Sequence record: OL615012
Reading direction: 5' to 3' (one strand)
Source of the DNA: Shigella phage vB_SboM_Phaginator
Length of the DNA stretch: 64,000 bases
How positions within the stretch are numbered: position 1 is the stretch's first letter; every line of letters begins with the position of its first letter. Below, one piece after another: positions 8,771-18,623 of this stretch. The notes beneath the pieces are model-generated. The model worked only from the letters and a program-made list of their open reading frames with translations, was not told the DNA's origin and made no database searches. The translations under genes were made by a program, and so were the position numbers.

Positions 8771-10584
8771 TGGTGTTTAACCCTATGCATGATTTCTTTA
8801 TTTTTACCGAGATTAAATCCGCGCTCGTTCGGATTTCCCAAATAACCGCATGTTCTTCTTATGGTATTCATCTTTTTAGGATCAGTTTCTCCACAAATAG
8901 AACAAACAAATCCGTTTTCAGTAGGAGTCATTTCATGGGTACTTCCACACGTAAAACATTTATCTACTGGCATGTTAACACCAAAATAATCTAAATGCTG
9001 TGCAGCATAATCCCATACGGCCTCAAGACCTTTTAGATTATTTTTCATATCAGGAAGTTCAACATAAGAAATGTGACCACCTGTCGCAATGAAATGATAT
9101 GGCGCTTCACGAGAAATCTTTTCAAACGGAGTAATATTTTCTTCTACTGAAACATGGAAACTATTAGTGTACCAGCCTTTATCAGTAACATCTTTTACGC
9201 TTCCATATTTTTCTGTATCAAGTTTACAGAAGCGATAACAAAGGTTTTCAGCAGGAGTAGAATACAAGCTAAAAGCAAATCCGGTTCTTTCAGTCCACTG
9301 TTTAAGACGAGCATTCATTTTAGTTAAAATTTCTTGTCCAATATCACGACCGACAAGAATATTCAATTCGTGAATACCAATGTATCCTAGAGACACTGAA
9401 CTTCTGCCATTTTTAAATAACTCAATTATATCGTCATCAGGTTTAAGACGAACCCCGAATGCACCTTCTTGGTAAAGAATAGGAGCAACAGTCGCTTTAA
9501 CTCCTTTTAAGGAACTAATTCTACACATCAAAGCTTCAAAACATAAATCCATTCGTTCATTGAATAATTCAACAAATTTCTGTTCATTGAATTGTGTTCC
9601 AATATAAGAATCTAATGCGATACGAGGAAGATTCAGTGTTACAACACCGAGATTATTACGTCCATCAAGAATTTCATTGCCAGTCGAATCTTTCCATACA
9701 CTCAAGAAACTGCGGCAACCCATTGGAGAAACAGGAATAGATGAACCAGTGATAGCTTTATTGTTCTTAGCTGAAATAATATCAGGATACATCCTTTTGC
9801 TTGCACACTCTAGAGCAAGCTGTTTAATATCATAGTTCGGATCGTCTTTGTAAAGATTAACACCTTCTTCAACGAACATAACAAGCTTAGGGAAAATAGG
9901 AGTTATCCCATCACGACCAAGACCTTTAATGCGATTTTTCAGAATTGCTTTCTGAATCATTCGTTCAGTCCAGTCAGTTCCCGTACCAAATGTAATTGTT
10001 ACAAAAGGCGTTTGTCCGTTTGAACTAAAGAGAGTATTTACTTCATATTCATAAGCTTGGAATGCATCGTATACGTCTTTTTCTGTTTTAGATTGAGCAT
10101 AATTCAACGCATCAGCGATTTGCCATTTTTCTGCATCCTCAATATGTTTTGCATAGGTGCGTTTAACATAAGGAGAAAGTACTTTATCTACATTCGCAAA
10201 AGTCGTTCCGCCATATTGATGGGAAGCAACTTGCGCAGTAATTTGTGCCATAATTGCAGTAGCAACGCCAATTGATTTAGGAGTTTCAATCTGCGCATTA
10301 CCAAGCTTAAATCCGTTCTCAAGCATTCCTTTTAAATCTACTAAACAGCAATTAGTAAATGGAAGAGCAGGGGAATAATCAATATCATGGAAATGAATAA
10401 TTCCGCTTTCATGCGCTTTCATAATAAAAGACGGGACCATATTTTTGGCAATGTGTTTAGACACAATACCAGCCATAAGGTCCCGTTGAGTTGGAAAAAC
10501 ACGAGAATCTTTATTAGCATTCTCGTTTAAAAGGTCTTTATTAGTTTTATGAATCAATCCTTCAATTTCTTTTTCAATTGTCAT
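8767..10584 (-). CDS. nrdD: Anaerobic (class III) ribonucleotide reductase NrdD, uninterrupted
   Basis: 605 aa; C-terminal zinc ribbon CFTCGSTH...CSICG and glycyl-radical motif RRTCGYLG; single continuous ORF. Confidence 0.92.
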   Translation of the reverse strand: MTIEKEIEGLIHKTNKDLLNENANKDSRVFPTQRDLMAGIVSKHIAKNMVPSFIMKAHESGIIHFHDIDYSPALPFTNCCLVDLKGMLENGFKLGNAQIETPKSIGVATAIMAQITAQVASHQYGGTTFANVDKVLSPYVKRTYAKHIEDAEKWQIADALNYAQSKTEKDVYDAFQAYEYEVNTLFSSNGQTPFVTITFGTGTDWTERMIQKAILKNRIKGLGRDGITPIFPKLVMFVEEGVNLYKDDPNYDIKQLALECASKRMYPDIISAKNNKAITGSSIPVSPMGCRSFLSVWKDSTGNEILDGRNNLGVVTLNLPRIALDSYIGTQFNEQKFVELFNERMDLCFEALMCRISSLKGVKATVAPILYQEGAFGVRLKPDDDIIELFKNGRSSVSLGYIGIHELNILVGRDIGQEILTKMNARLKQWTERTGFAFSLYSTPAENLCYRFCKLDTEKYGSVKDVTDKGWYTNSFHVSVEENITPFEKISREAPYHFIATGGHISYVELPDMKNNLKGLEAVWDYAAQHLDYFGVNMPVDKCFTCGSTHEMTPTENGFVCSICGETDPKKMNTIRRTCGYLGNPNERGFNLGKNKEIMHRVKHQ

Positions 10585-11054
10585 TTTAAACTCTTTCTAA
10601 GCTGCTTCTTAAATGAAGCTATTAACTGTGTTTTAGTGTCAGATTCATTATATTCAAATCCTCTTTGAAGCATCTCAGCCATCATTTCCTCTTTTCCTAA
10701 ACGAGAAAATTCCTTTGATTTATCTCCAACAAAGTTAGGGTGAATATTATTTTGGGTGTAATCGGATTTTAAATAAGTAAGTAAATTTTCTAACCATTCA
10801 AGATAATCAACACCTTGTCCCTTTAAGCCAGAACGATTAAATTTGTGCTTCATTTGACCTTCCGTAGCATTGCAGAGATTACAAAGCAATCCACGCACCT
10901 TTCCTGCTTTTGGTCCATTTAATTCATGGTCATGGTCGAGGTGATTAGCTTGAACATCAGGATTTAGTTCTCGTTGGCAAATTAAGCATTTACCGTTTTG
11001 TGCATCATAAAATTTCTGTTTTTCTTCTTTATATAATTTGCCAGTCAATAACAT
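10581..11054 (-). CDS. 49: Endonuclease VII (Holliday junction resolvase) gp49
   Basis: 157 aa, zinc-binding CLIC...CNLC, same length as T4 endo VII. Confidence 0.88.
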   Translation of the reverse strand: MLLTGKLYKEEKQKFYDAQNGKCLICQRELNPDVQANHLDHDHELNGPKAGKVRGLLCNLCNATEGQMKHKFNRSGLKGQGVDYLEWLENLLTYLKSDYTQNNIHPNFVGDKSKEFSRLGKEEMMAEMLQRGFEYNESDTKTQLIASFKKQLRKSLK

Positions 11055-11095
11055 AATAAACCCTTACCTTAAATAGATAAGGGTATTTATTATTT

Positions 11096-11581
11096 TCAAG
11101 TATTGTAAAACATTTGATTCAATCGCTTATATTGCCGAATCTTTTGGTCAGAAAAAGAAATTTGGGTTTCAAGCCATTCAATATATTCTGCCGCAGCTTG
11201 CATCAAATTTCCTTCATAGCCATCGTTATTTTCTTGTGCAGCTAATTTAGCTAATGCATATGAAATACGTTCACCTTGAAAATCAGCTTTAGGCTTCTGA
11301 ACAACTTGATTAGTTCGCTCTACAACTTCTTCAATTTCGCCATTTTCGACTGATTCAGTATTCCACAAGCACCAATACGTAATTGGCTTATCGTAGATGT
11401 TAATAATCTTTCCATCATAAAGTTCAATTTCAATAATTCCAGTGTCAGGCTCTATATCATCTTCACATTCTTTTGCAAGTTCACGAACTTTAAAGACAGT
11501 ACCTGCACTAAGTTCCGGCCAGTAATTACACAGCCCTGTATCAGCACGATTAATTCTAAACCACTTATCTACTGTAATCAT
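11096..11581 (-). CDS. pin: Hypothetical protein at the T4 pin (protease inhibitor) position
   Basis: Track ORF 167 aa; from internal Met MITVDKWF the product is 161 aa, the T4 Pin length; assignment by position and size only. Confidence 0.5.
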   Translation of the reverse strand: MITVDKWFRINRADTGLCNYWPELSAGTVFKVRELAKECEDDIEPDTGIIEIELYDGKIINIYDKPITYWCLWNTESVENGEIEEVVERTNQVVQKPKADFQGERISYALAKLAAQENNDGYEGNLMQAAAEYIEWLETQISFSDQKIRQYKRLNQMFYNT

Positions 11582-11720
11582 GTCCCATCTCCATATCAAT
11601 TAAGTCATTTATCGTTGGTTCATTATATACTGTTTCTTCATCAGTGTAAACCGGTTCTTCCGGCTCTGGCTCTACAGTTTCCCATCTAGCCGCCCACCAA
11701 GGTTTTATAGCGTAATCCAT
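11565..11720 (-). CDS. Hypothetical small acidic protein (51 aa)
   Basis: Manually read ORF MDYAIKPWWAARWETVEPEPEE...; stop overlaps pin-position start; below track length cut-off. Confidence 0.25.
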   Translation of the reverse strand: MDYAIKPWWAARWETVEPEPEEPVYTDEETVYNEPTINDLIDMEMGHDYSR

Positions 11721-12025
11721 TCTCGTACTGTCTGAGTTACTACACGTTCACGGGGCTCGACTAGTTCAACAGTCGGAACTGCATAATACCAGTCAGAATG
11801 ATAAGAACCTGACCGAGATTCATTTACAGCCACATGTACATTATGTTTTGGACTAAAGTAAACACACTGACGATATTGACATTTACCATCTTGCACCCAG
11901 TCTTCTATTTCGACAGGTTTAAGATAATCGGAAAAATCGAAATCATAGTTTTCCGAAAATGCATCATGGTCTTCAATGATTTCGCTCAGAACTGCATCAA
12001 CATCTAATTTATTTTCAATAGTCAT
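11705..12025 (-). CDS. Hypothetical protein
   Basis: ORF track 106 aa. Confidence 0.5.
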   Translation of the reverse strand: MTIENKLDVDAVLSEIIEDHDAFSENYDFDFSDYLKPVEIEDWVQDGKCQYRQCVYFSPKHNVHVAVNESRSGSYHSDWYYAVPTVELVEPRERVVTQTVREWITL

Positions 12026-12035
12026 TTTTCACCAA

Positions 12036-12206
12036 TTAATTTCGCAATTTATTAAGTTCTTCATCATCAATCCAGGATTCTAGTCCTGATGGCAGGGCAC
12101 ATTCAATTTCCCAAAGAAGTTCTTCAATTTTATGAAGACGATCTAGTTCTTCAGCAGGAATAGTAACCATTGACGGAGCTCGTGATACATTAATATCGTA
12201 AATCAT
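12036..12206 (-). CDS. Hypothetical small protein (56 aa)
   Basis: Manually read ORF MIYDINVSRAPSMVTIPAEELDRLHKIEELLWE...; fills gap between flanking ORFs. Confidence 0.3.
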   Translation of the reverse strand: MIYDINVSRAPSMVTIPAEELDRLHKIEELLWEIECALPSGLESWIDDEELNKLRN

Positions 12207-12208
12207 AT

Positions 12209-12424
12209 TTACCCCAATTTAACCATACAATCGCCGTATTTCCACTTAGAAATAGACTTTTCACCATTAGAATAATAAACTTCGAGTTTAGCACGATTAT
12301 TTTTAATTTGAATAACCTTGGCTGTCATCAAAGTTCCATACCCATAATAAACTGCAACTTCATCACCTACATATACCGCGCTTCCGCGATAATCATGAAT
12401 ATAATCAGTTCCTTCGAGCATCAT
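12209..12424 (-). CDS. Hypothetical protein
   Basis: ORF track 71 aa; stop overlaps nrdC-side gene. Confidence 0.5.
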   Translation of the reverse strand: MMLEGTDYIHDYRGSAVYVGDEVAVYYGYGTLMTAKVIQIKNNRAKLEVYYSNGEKSISKWKYGDCMVKLG

Positions 12425-12684
12425 TTAAAATATTCTCGCAGTTGGTCAAATCCACCAATATGACTTCCATCAGGAGCAAATATCTGGGGCATTGTTAAGC
12501 CGATTTGAGTATCACGACCTAGTTTAGTCAGAAGCTCAGCGATTTTCTCATCATCAAAAACACCTTTTTCCGGCATAATGTTGATAAATTCAAACGGCTG
12601 TTTCTTCACAGTCAAAAGACGTTTTGCATTATCGCAATACACGCATTTATGAATGTTGCTATCATAACCATATACTTTAAACAT
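12421..12684 (-). CDS. nrdC: Thioredoxin/glutaredoxin NrdC
   Basis: 87 aa, CVYC active site, same length as T4 thioredoxin. Confidence 0.85.
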   Translation of the reverse strand: MFKVYGYDSNIHKCVYCDNAKRLLTVKKQPFEFINIMPEKGVFDDEKIAELLTKLGRDTQIGLTMPQIFAPDGSHIGGFDQLREYFK

Positions 12685-12685
12685 A

Positions 12686-12943
12686 TTATTCCTTAATTCC
12701 TAGTACTTGTTTAAAAGTCTCATCGTAATCAAGACTTTGGCCTGTTTGTTCTTTATGTTTGTATATAATATCACTTACTTCTAATAGCATATTTTTGTAT
12801 GAACGAGTTAAAGCAGATTTAAGCACGCTGTATCTATCAGGAAATTTACCATGTTCATTATAATAAGCTATTGCTAATTCACGGACTGCCTTTTCAGCAG
12901 CCTCCATATATTCTTTACGCTTGGTCATTTTCTTCTCGGTCAA
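12686..12943 (-). CDS. Hypothetical protein
   Basis: ORF track 85 aa. Confidence 0.5.
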   Translation of the reverse strand: MTEKKMTKRKEYMEAAEKAVRELAIAYYNEHGKFPDRYSVLKSALTRSYKNMLLEVSDIIYKHKEQTGQSLDYDETFKQVLGIKE

Positions 12944-13211
12944 ATCGGTGTTTACAATGGCGACATTTATAACGAAGATTACTAGTCTGCCAATGAACTA
13001 ATTGTACCTGTTCAGTACCGCATTCAGGGCAATTAGGAACGTTTTTAGAAGCCCTTTCGCGACGCTTAACCATAGCCATAATGGCATCCCATGCTGGAGG
13101 TTTAAAATCTAAATCGTCAGTAACTAGCAGTCCTTTATCAAACCCAGCGCATGGAGTCCATTCAGGAAAATCTGAAGCTTCGGCAATATCTTCTAATAAA
13201 CGCTTTTTCAT
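12915..13211 (-). CDS. Hypothetical zinc-ribbon protein
   Basis: 98 aa with CPECG...CRHCKH paired Cys motifs. Confidence 0.5.
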   Translation of the reverse strand: MKKRLLEDIAEASDFPEWTPCAGFDKGLLVTDDLDFKPPAWDAIMAMVKRRERASKNVPNCPECGTEQVQLVHWQTSNLRYKCRHCKHRFDREENDQA

Positions 13212-14134
13212 TTCAGTACCTCAATAGCATCACGTAAACCATTTGCTTTGGCGGTTAAAGCCTTAAGAACTTTAGTATGCTCTTCAATCTGTTTTTCAAC
13301 TTCAATCAAACGAGCACTGAGATATTCGCGTTCTTCTTTCATAGTATCATTCCCACGATTGGGCTTTGGCGTAGGTTTAAATTTACTAGGGTCCTTTAAC
13401 TTAATAACAACTTTAGTTTCAAACAGTGAAAGACCATAATTCGTATTATCATCAAAGGATTCAACTACGTCCATTTTAGACAATAACGTACGAAGATTAT
13501 AAGTCAAAGAACGAATCGTTTTATTATGTTTATTAGCTTCACATGGTTTCATATATGGAAGATTTTTATATATTTCATGTGGAGCACAAACAATAATTGA
13601 CAATTCAAATAGTCCATTCTGTGATGATGGAATGAATTTAGCCGTAACCCAATCTTTTACATTTACATTAATAGTACGGTCATCGCCATGACAAAACAGT
13701 CTACGAGAATGCTTAAAAAGCATATTCACATTATTATTAAATTCGTGTGAAAACTCACTAGCAAATTTTTCTTTACTATTTTTAGAAAACCATTCTTCTA
13801 AATAAGTTCTTTTCACGTCATTAATAATATTAAATGTAACAACATTAGCATTTGATACATTAGTCTCAATATAGCTTGGATACATAAATTTTTTAACATT
13901 ATTAACAGCTATCACAGAAGATAGTAATCGGGAACGTTTAAACCATTCAAGCAAATTACCTAACGAATGAGAATAAGCGTTTTGAGTATCTTTACAAATA
14001 TGGTTTTCCCATCCAATATAGTCTAAAAAATCACGAAGAATATTATTGATTACTGCTCTGTGTCCGATTTGATAATTACGGTGTTTAGTAATAAGACTGT
14101 CAAAATAATCAATATAATGCTTACGAGTTTTCAT
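13208..14134 (-). CDS. Hypothetical protein, variable N-domain plus C-terminal coiled coil (array member 1)
   Basis: 308 aa; Pro/Lys linker (KFKPTPKPNRG) then heptad-repeat tail. Confidence 0.6.
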   Translation of the reverse strand: MKTRKHYIDYFDSLITKHRNYQIGHRAVINNILRDFLDYIGWENHICKDTQNAYSHSLGNLLEWFKRSRLLSSVIAVNNVKKFMYPSYIETNVSNANVVTFNIINDVKRTYLEEWFSKNSKEKFASEFSHEFNNNVNMLFKHSRRLFCHGDDRTINVNVKDWVTAKFIPSSQNGLFELSIIVCAPHEIYKNLPYMKPCEANKHNKTIRSLTYNLRTLLSKMDVVESFDDNTNYGLSLFETKVVIKLKDPSKFKPTPKPNRGNDTMKEEREYLSARLIEVEKQIEEHTKVLKALTAKANGLRDAIEVLK

Positions 14135-14186
14135 GTTCTTCTCACTTGGTTAATGATTTATACTCCGAGCCATCCTTGGCTTTAAA

Positions 14187-15188
14187 TTACTTAATTAACT
14201 GTAAAGCTTGTTCAAGACGATCCAAGCGATTGACAGATTCTTCCCAAATCTTTTTAGCCTGCTCATATTCTTTCTGCGCTTTATTAGAAATTTCTAGAAC
14301 TTCTTTATAAGCTTTTTCTAGTGCAATAACTTCTGGACGAATTTCTGCCGGTTCAGGCGAATCATCAAGATTATCCATTAGTTCCTCAAGGGTAGTTTCT
14401 TCTTTAGGAGTATTCACAATTTCATCACATTTTTGTTGGTAAATTTCTTTACTAGTAGGTGAATAAGTACATTTCACTTCACGAAGACTAATTACAATTT
14501 TATATCCTTCCCAGCCGCATATATTCTTAAAAGGATATGTATGAATATTTTCTACTGTTTCCATACAAAGTAATGCGGTCTCTAATTGACGAGTTATAGT
14601 GCTAGCAATTGAGAAAAATTTATTAATGTTCTTTTGGTTAGTTTCTGGTGTAAAAAATCCATAATTCACAAAAATAGATACTTTATTTTTATCAAGTTCA
14701 TATTCTTTTATGATAATCATATCAGAAGCCAAAGGATGAATTTGACGATAATCGCCATAACATAATTTAGAAGCTGATTTTAGAATCTGTCCTTTGAAAA
14801 GTCTGAAATTACTAATCCAACGACGAGTAAAAATATTCTCAGGGTCTTCTTTATTATTAAGATGATAAGAATTAACATCACCGAACCAATTATATCCTAC
14901 TACATCTTTGGTTCGTTTAATTTCTTTCCCAAAATTACCAAGAATATCCCGATTAACCAAATATGAAAGAAGACGAGACTCTTTAAAGGTTTTCTTGATA
15001 ACATCTTTATCTACACGGCTAGAAATTTTACGAATTTCATGAATAAATTTAGTAGAAGAAACAATACTTGCATCAACACTATTGAGCCATTGATTGATAA
15101 TAGAAAGAACGATATTTTGACCAAACATCGGTATAGCTTTATCATCAATAACGCTATTGAATGATTTGATATATTCGTTACGAGTCAT
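14187..15188 (-). CDS. Hypothetical protein, variable N-domain plus C-terminal coiled coil (array member 2)
   Basis: Track ORF 14187..15239; start moved to MTRNEY (GAGGAG RBS upstream, and early promoter at 15217-15245 would otherwise lie inside the ORF). Confidence 0.6.
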   Translation of the reverse strand: MTRNEYIKSFNSVIDDKAIPMFGQNIVLSIINQWLNSVDASIVSSTKFIHEIRKISSRVDKDVIKKTFKESRLLSYLVNRDILGNFGKEIKRTKDVVGYNWFGDVNSYHLNNKEDPENIFTRRWISNFRLFKGQILKSASKLCYGDYRQIHPLASDMIIIKEYELDKNKVSIFVNYGFFTPETNQKNINKFFSIASTITRQLETALLCMETVENIHTYPFKNICGWEGYKIVISLREVKCTYSPTSKEIYQQKCDEIVNTPKEETTLEELMDNLDDSPEPAEIRPEVIALEKAYKEVLEISNKAQKEYEQAKKIWEESVNRLDRLEQALQLIK

Positions 15189-15216
15189 AATAATCTCCTC
15201 AGTAGAAAGTAAGAAC

Positions 15217-15245
15217 ATTATACCACATCCTTGTGGCAATGTAAA
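15217..15245 (-). promoter_or_regulatory. Early promoter
   Basis: Minus strand TTTACA - 17 bp - TGgTATAAT. Confidence 0.6.
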
Positions 15246-16265
15246 CTAGTTCAGTGCATTTAGTGCATTGTTCAGTTTAGAACGTTGCTTCGTAAGATTT
15301 TTGACTTTTTCTTGAGCTTTTTCCAACATCTTTTCAGCTTCTAGCACTTCATTGGTCGCTTTAACGAGTTCATCATCTACTGCCTTAAGAGACTTCTCAA
15401 TCGCGTCAGCGTGCCATTTTTCTACAGGTTTAAAATTTGAATTTTCAGTAGGAAGAAAATTCACTTTATTAAGTTTACATGCATCTATATTGCTTGAGCT
15501 ATACATCCAAAATTTAGGATCGTTTGATAAGTAATTGGATAAATTTAAGTTATCTTGCACTTCCTGCTTTTTCTCTTGCGGGACTTCGTCCTTTCTCAAA
15601 AAATCGTATTTAAATGAAACGATCATATCAAGTTCATATGATGTTGTATCTAACTTAAATCGTTCAAAACGAGGTAAAATCTTAGATTGAACAGCAGCAA
15701 CAACATCCATATACTTAAATGCTTCTGTCAACTGTGATTTAAGACATTCACAAATTGAAAGAGAATTTTTTGTATTAGGTTTAAAGCTAATTCGTGCAGT
15801 TCTATTATTTTCTTTTAACGGTCTTACTTCCATCTGAAGAGTATAACCATCAAATTTCAGGTTCTTTAAGTTAATATCAGAGCCTTTTAATCGACTAGCA
15901 GTAGACAAAATTTGCTTTAATTGTCTACGGAACAGAGCAATAAATCTCCATTCAATACGATAATGATTCGGATTGAAAAATCCAGATGATAAATCGACCT
16001 TACTTTGACCAACGCCTTGAACAAATAGAGGATTTTTATAATCAATAGTTTTACAGAAATCGGTGAGCTGCTCACGAGCAGTCATTTGTGTAATATATCC
16101 CGCTTTACTAAAATGACGTAACCATTCACTGCTATTCATATACTTAAAGTGAATATCACGATTAACTTTATCAGGGTCTAAATTATTTTGGCACAAAAAT
16201 GTCATAACATCACGAGTATAGCTGGCATTACGAACCATATCTTCAATTTGAGAACGAGTTTTCAT
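15246..16265 (-). CDS. Hypothetical protein, variable N-domain plus C-terminal coiled coil (array member 3)
   Basis: 339 aa; C-terminal heptad-rich tail. Confidence 0.6.
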   Translation of the reverse strand: MKTRSQIEDMVRNASYTRDVMTFLCQNNLDPDKVNRDIHFKYMNSSEWLRHFSKAGYITQMTAREQLTDFCKTIDYKNPLFVQGVGQSKVDLSSGFFNPNHYRIEWRFIALFRRQLKQILSTASRLKGSDINLKNLKFDGYTLQMEVRPLKENNRTARISFKPNTKNSLSICECLKSQLTEAFKYMDVVAAVQSKILPRFERFKLDTTSYELDMIVSFKYDFLRKDEVPQEKKQEVQDNLNLSNYLSNDPKFWMYSSSNIDACKLNKVNFLPTENSNFKPVEKWHADAIEKSLKAVDDELVKATNEVLEAEKMLEKAQEKVKNLTKQRSKLNNALNALN

Positions 16266-16273
16266 GGTGTTCC

Positions 16274-17161
16274 TTAAGATTTAAGTAAATCAATAATTTT
16301 AATTAACTTTTCACGCTCAGATTTAGCTTTACTACTCAATCCAGATAGTCTGAAAATTTCATCATCATATTGTTGAATAGAAATATTCAGCTCTTCAATT
16401 TGCTTATTAAAATAATCAATTTGTTCAGAATGTTTTTCGTTACTACGAACTGGTACAGGTTTTGTAGGCAATTTAGTTGAACTGGATTCATCCGGGCGAT
16501 AAATTAAAATACAACTTGAACCAATTGGACATTTTGCACCAGATGAATATTCTAATGTTCCAGCTTCTTTTAAAACTTCAAAAGCTAAACAGAGATGATG
16601 CCCCATATTAACATAATCTGTAGAGCGAGCTCTGATGTAATAATCATCTCCGCGAATACTAAATTTAAAGCATTTAAGGTCTTCTGTATTATTGGTCTTA
16701 AAAATCATTTGTTTATCTAGACCTTTAGCTAATCGAGCGCCTAATGCTAATAATCGTCGTTGATTTTCCCACAAATCCGCAATCATTTGGTCAAATGATA
16801 ATTTCGGCATTAGTCGACCATAAAGGTCGTATCCTTTATTATAATTGCGAAGGATTTCACTCGCGTTAATACGAGACAATGCTCCAATTTTATTAAGGGC
16901 TTTCATGATGCGATTAGATAAACCCATTCCAGACCCGTTTGTTCGCTGTAAATGTTTTTCTAATCCAAATCCAATATCAACTTTAAACTTATCTAAAATT
17001 TCTGCATGAACATCTCTGTCAATAACATTCAAATCCAAAGTTGGGTTAAATCTATGAAAAAATTTATCTGGCTCTCCACGACGAAGTACAGTCCATTCAT
17101 TCAATTTTTTATTAACTAAAGATTTAATTACTGCATTGACATTATTAATTACTACTGACAT
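16274..17161 (-). CDS. Hypothetical protein, variable N-domain plus C-terminal coiled coil (array member 4)
   Basis: Track ORF 16274..17182; ATG with GAGG RBS at 17161 (MSVVINN...). Confidence 0.6.
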   Translation of the reverse strand: MSVVINNVNAVIKSLVNKKLNEWTVLRRGEPDKFFHRFNPTLDLNVIDRDVHAEILDKFKVDIGFGLEKHLQRTNGSGMGLSNRIMKALNKIGALSRINASEILRNYNKGYDLYGRLMPKLSFDQMIADLWENQRRLLALGARLAKGLDKQMIFKTNNTEDLKCFKFSIRGDDYYIRARSTDYVNMGHHLCLAFEVLKEAGTLEYSSGAKCPIGSSCILIYRPDESSSTKLPTKPVPVRSNEKHSEQIDYFNKQIEELNISIQQYDDEIFRLSGLSSKAKSEREKLIKIIDLLKS

Positions 17162-17168
17162 ATTTTCC

Positions 17169-17576
17169 TCACTCAATTTCAATTTTACTAAATACGCAGA
17201 ATATGATGGAAAAGACTATATAAGCACCGCATACAGATTGAACTAATACCATTCCAAAGAACCAAACAATATTATCAAACAATGTCTGTTTTACGTCGAA
17301 AGGACGTAAACTTACAGTAATATTATCGTCTTTTTCTATTGATGAATACATCTCTGGGGAAATATATTCGCTAAATCTATAACCGTCTTTGAGTTCATAT
17401 ACGGCAATAAACGATAAACTAGACCCCTTTCCTTGAGTTCCTGTAAGGGTATTAACTACAGTAACATCATAATCTTTATAATGCATATAATCATTAATTG
17501 CGTAATAACCATATGCAATTACTATACATAAACAACATATCAATAAATTCAATCTTTTAATTATCAACTGTTTCAT
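17169..17576 (-). CDS. Hypothetical membrane protein (two predicted TM helices)
   Basis: 135 aa; hydrophobic N- and C-terminal segments. Confidence 0.55.
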   Translation of the reverse strand: MKQLIIKRLNLLICCLCIVIAYGYYAINDYMHYKDYDVTVVNTLTGTQGKGSSLSFIAVYELKDGYRFSEYISPEMYSSIEKDDNITVSLRPFDVKQTLFDNIVWFFGMVLVQSVCGAYIVFSIIFCVFSKIEIE

Positions 17577-17604
17577 AATAATCTCAATTAAAAGGGCTTA
17601 GAAC

Positions 17605-17633
17605 CATTATACCATCCTTGGTATAAAGCGGTT
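17605..17633 (-). promoter_or_regulatory. Possible extended -10 promoter (weak -35)
   Basis: Minus strand TGgTATAAT with no good -35; overlaps palindrome ATACCATCCTTGGTAT. Confidence 0.3.
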
Positions 17634-18159
17634 ATGCGAGTACCGTCTTTAACCGTTCTTCAAACTTCCGAAGAGTATTTTGGCGTTCAGCTCTTTGCTT
17701 TTTGTAAGTTTCAATACGCTCTGAAATGAGAGTGTATCGTTCATTTACTGATTCTTTCATAAAATCAGGAATTTCACGAGAAGCTTTAATCTCGTCAAAT
17801 TTATCAATAACAGCTTGCTCTTCAGCAATTAAGTTATCATACATCAAAATATCTTTCTTGATGAACTCAATATCTTCTTGAGTTACACGAGATAATTTAG
17901 ATGCTTTATCCTTTTTGTACTGTTCGTTAGTATCACGAGACCAGTGTAATGTACGATTTTTATTCGTATTTTTGTAAATTTCTACAATACCAATCTCATC
18001 GATAATAACGATCCAATTCCAACGGGATTTGTAAATTTGTCCTCCATCAACCGTGATTTCACCTCCGATTGAGATGTCATTAAAGAACTTGCTTTGTGCT
18101 TCTGATTTAAATTTACCATCGTTGTAATTTACCAGGTTGAAAATATCTTTAGCGTTCAT
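17632..18159 (-). CDS. Hypothetical protein
   Basis: Track ORF 17632..18219; start moved to MNAKDIF (GGAGGA RBS); upstream part of track ORF is promoter read-through. Confidence 0.55.
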   Translation of the reverse strand: MNAKDIFNLVNYNDGKFKSEAQSKFFNDISIGGEITVDGGQIYKSRWNWIVIIDEIGIVEIYKNTNKNRTLHWSRDTNEQYKKDKASKLSRVTQEDIEFIKKDILMYDNLIAEEQAVIDKFDEIKASREIPDFMKESVNERYTLISERIETYKKQRAERQNTLRKFEERLKTVLA

Positions 18160-18187
18160 TTTGTGTTCCTCCGTAGTTGATAGTTGT

Positions 18188-18216
18188 ATAGTACCACAGA
18201 GGAACAGTCTTGTAAA
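18188..18216 (-). promoter_or_regulatory. Early promoter (PeSL-type consensus)
   Basis: Minus strand GTTTACA - 17 bp - TGgTACTAT - ACAACTATCAACT. Confidence 0.65.
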
Positions 18217-18219
18217 CAA

Positions 18220-18534
18220 CTAAAAGAAACTTCTTTCACAATTTTTTCCACTGAACCATGCACTGACCGCTTTCTTAGTCTCAGGAGCAGTGTTATCCAT
18301 AAACCATTCAAAGGCAGCCTTTTTATGATTCTGGAGGGCTTCTCGGGCTTTAATCTGCTCACGGTCTATTAACACTAATACGTGAGCCTTTCTTGTCACC
18401 ATGGGCTTCTTATGATTTTTTGAATACTCCCAATCATTTGTCCATCGCATCGTTGTTGCGAACTGATGAACCGCGTCTTTAATTTTAGTTTCATAAATTT
18501 CACGAGCCTTTGAGTATAACATCATTACCTCCAT
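18220..18534 (-). CDS. Hypothetical protein
   Basis: ORF track 104 aa. Confidence 0.5.
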   Translation of the reverse strand: MEVMMLYSKAREIYETKIKDAVHQFATTMRWTNDWEYSKNHKKPMVTRKAHVLVLIDREQIKAREALQNHKKAAFEWFMDNTAPETKKAVSAWFSGKNCERSFF

Positions 18535-18623
18535 TTACCAGTTTAATTCTAGTCATCTTTTTAATGGCAGTCCATATAATCTATTTCTGAACTGCCTTTT
18601 TGTCATAGAAGTCCTCTTATGAA

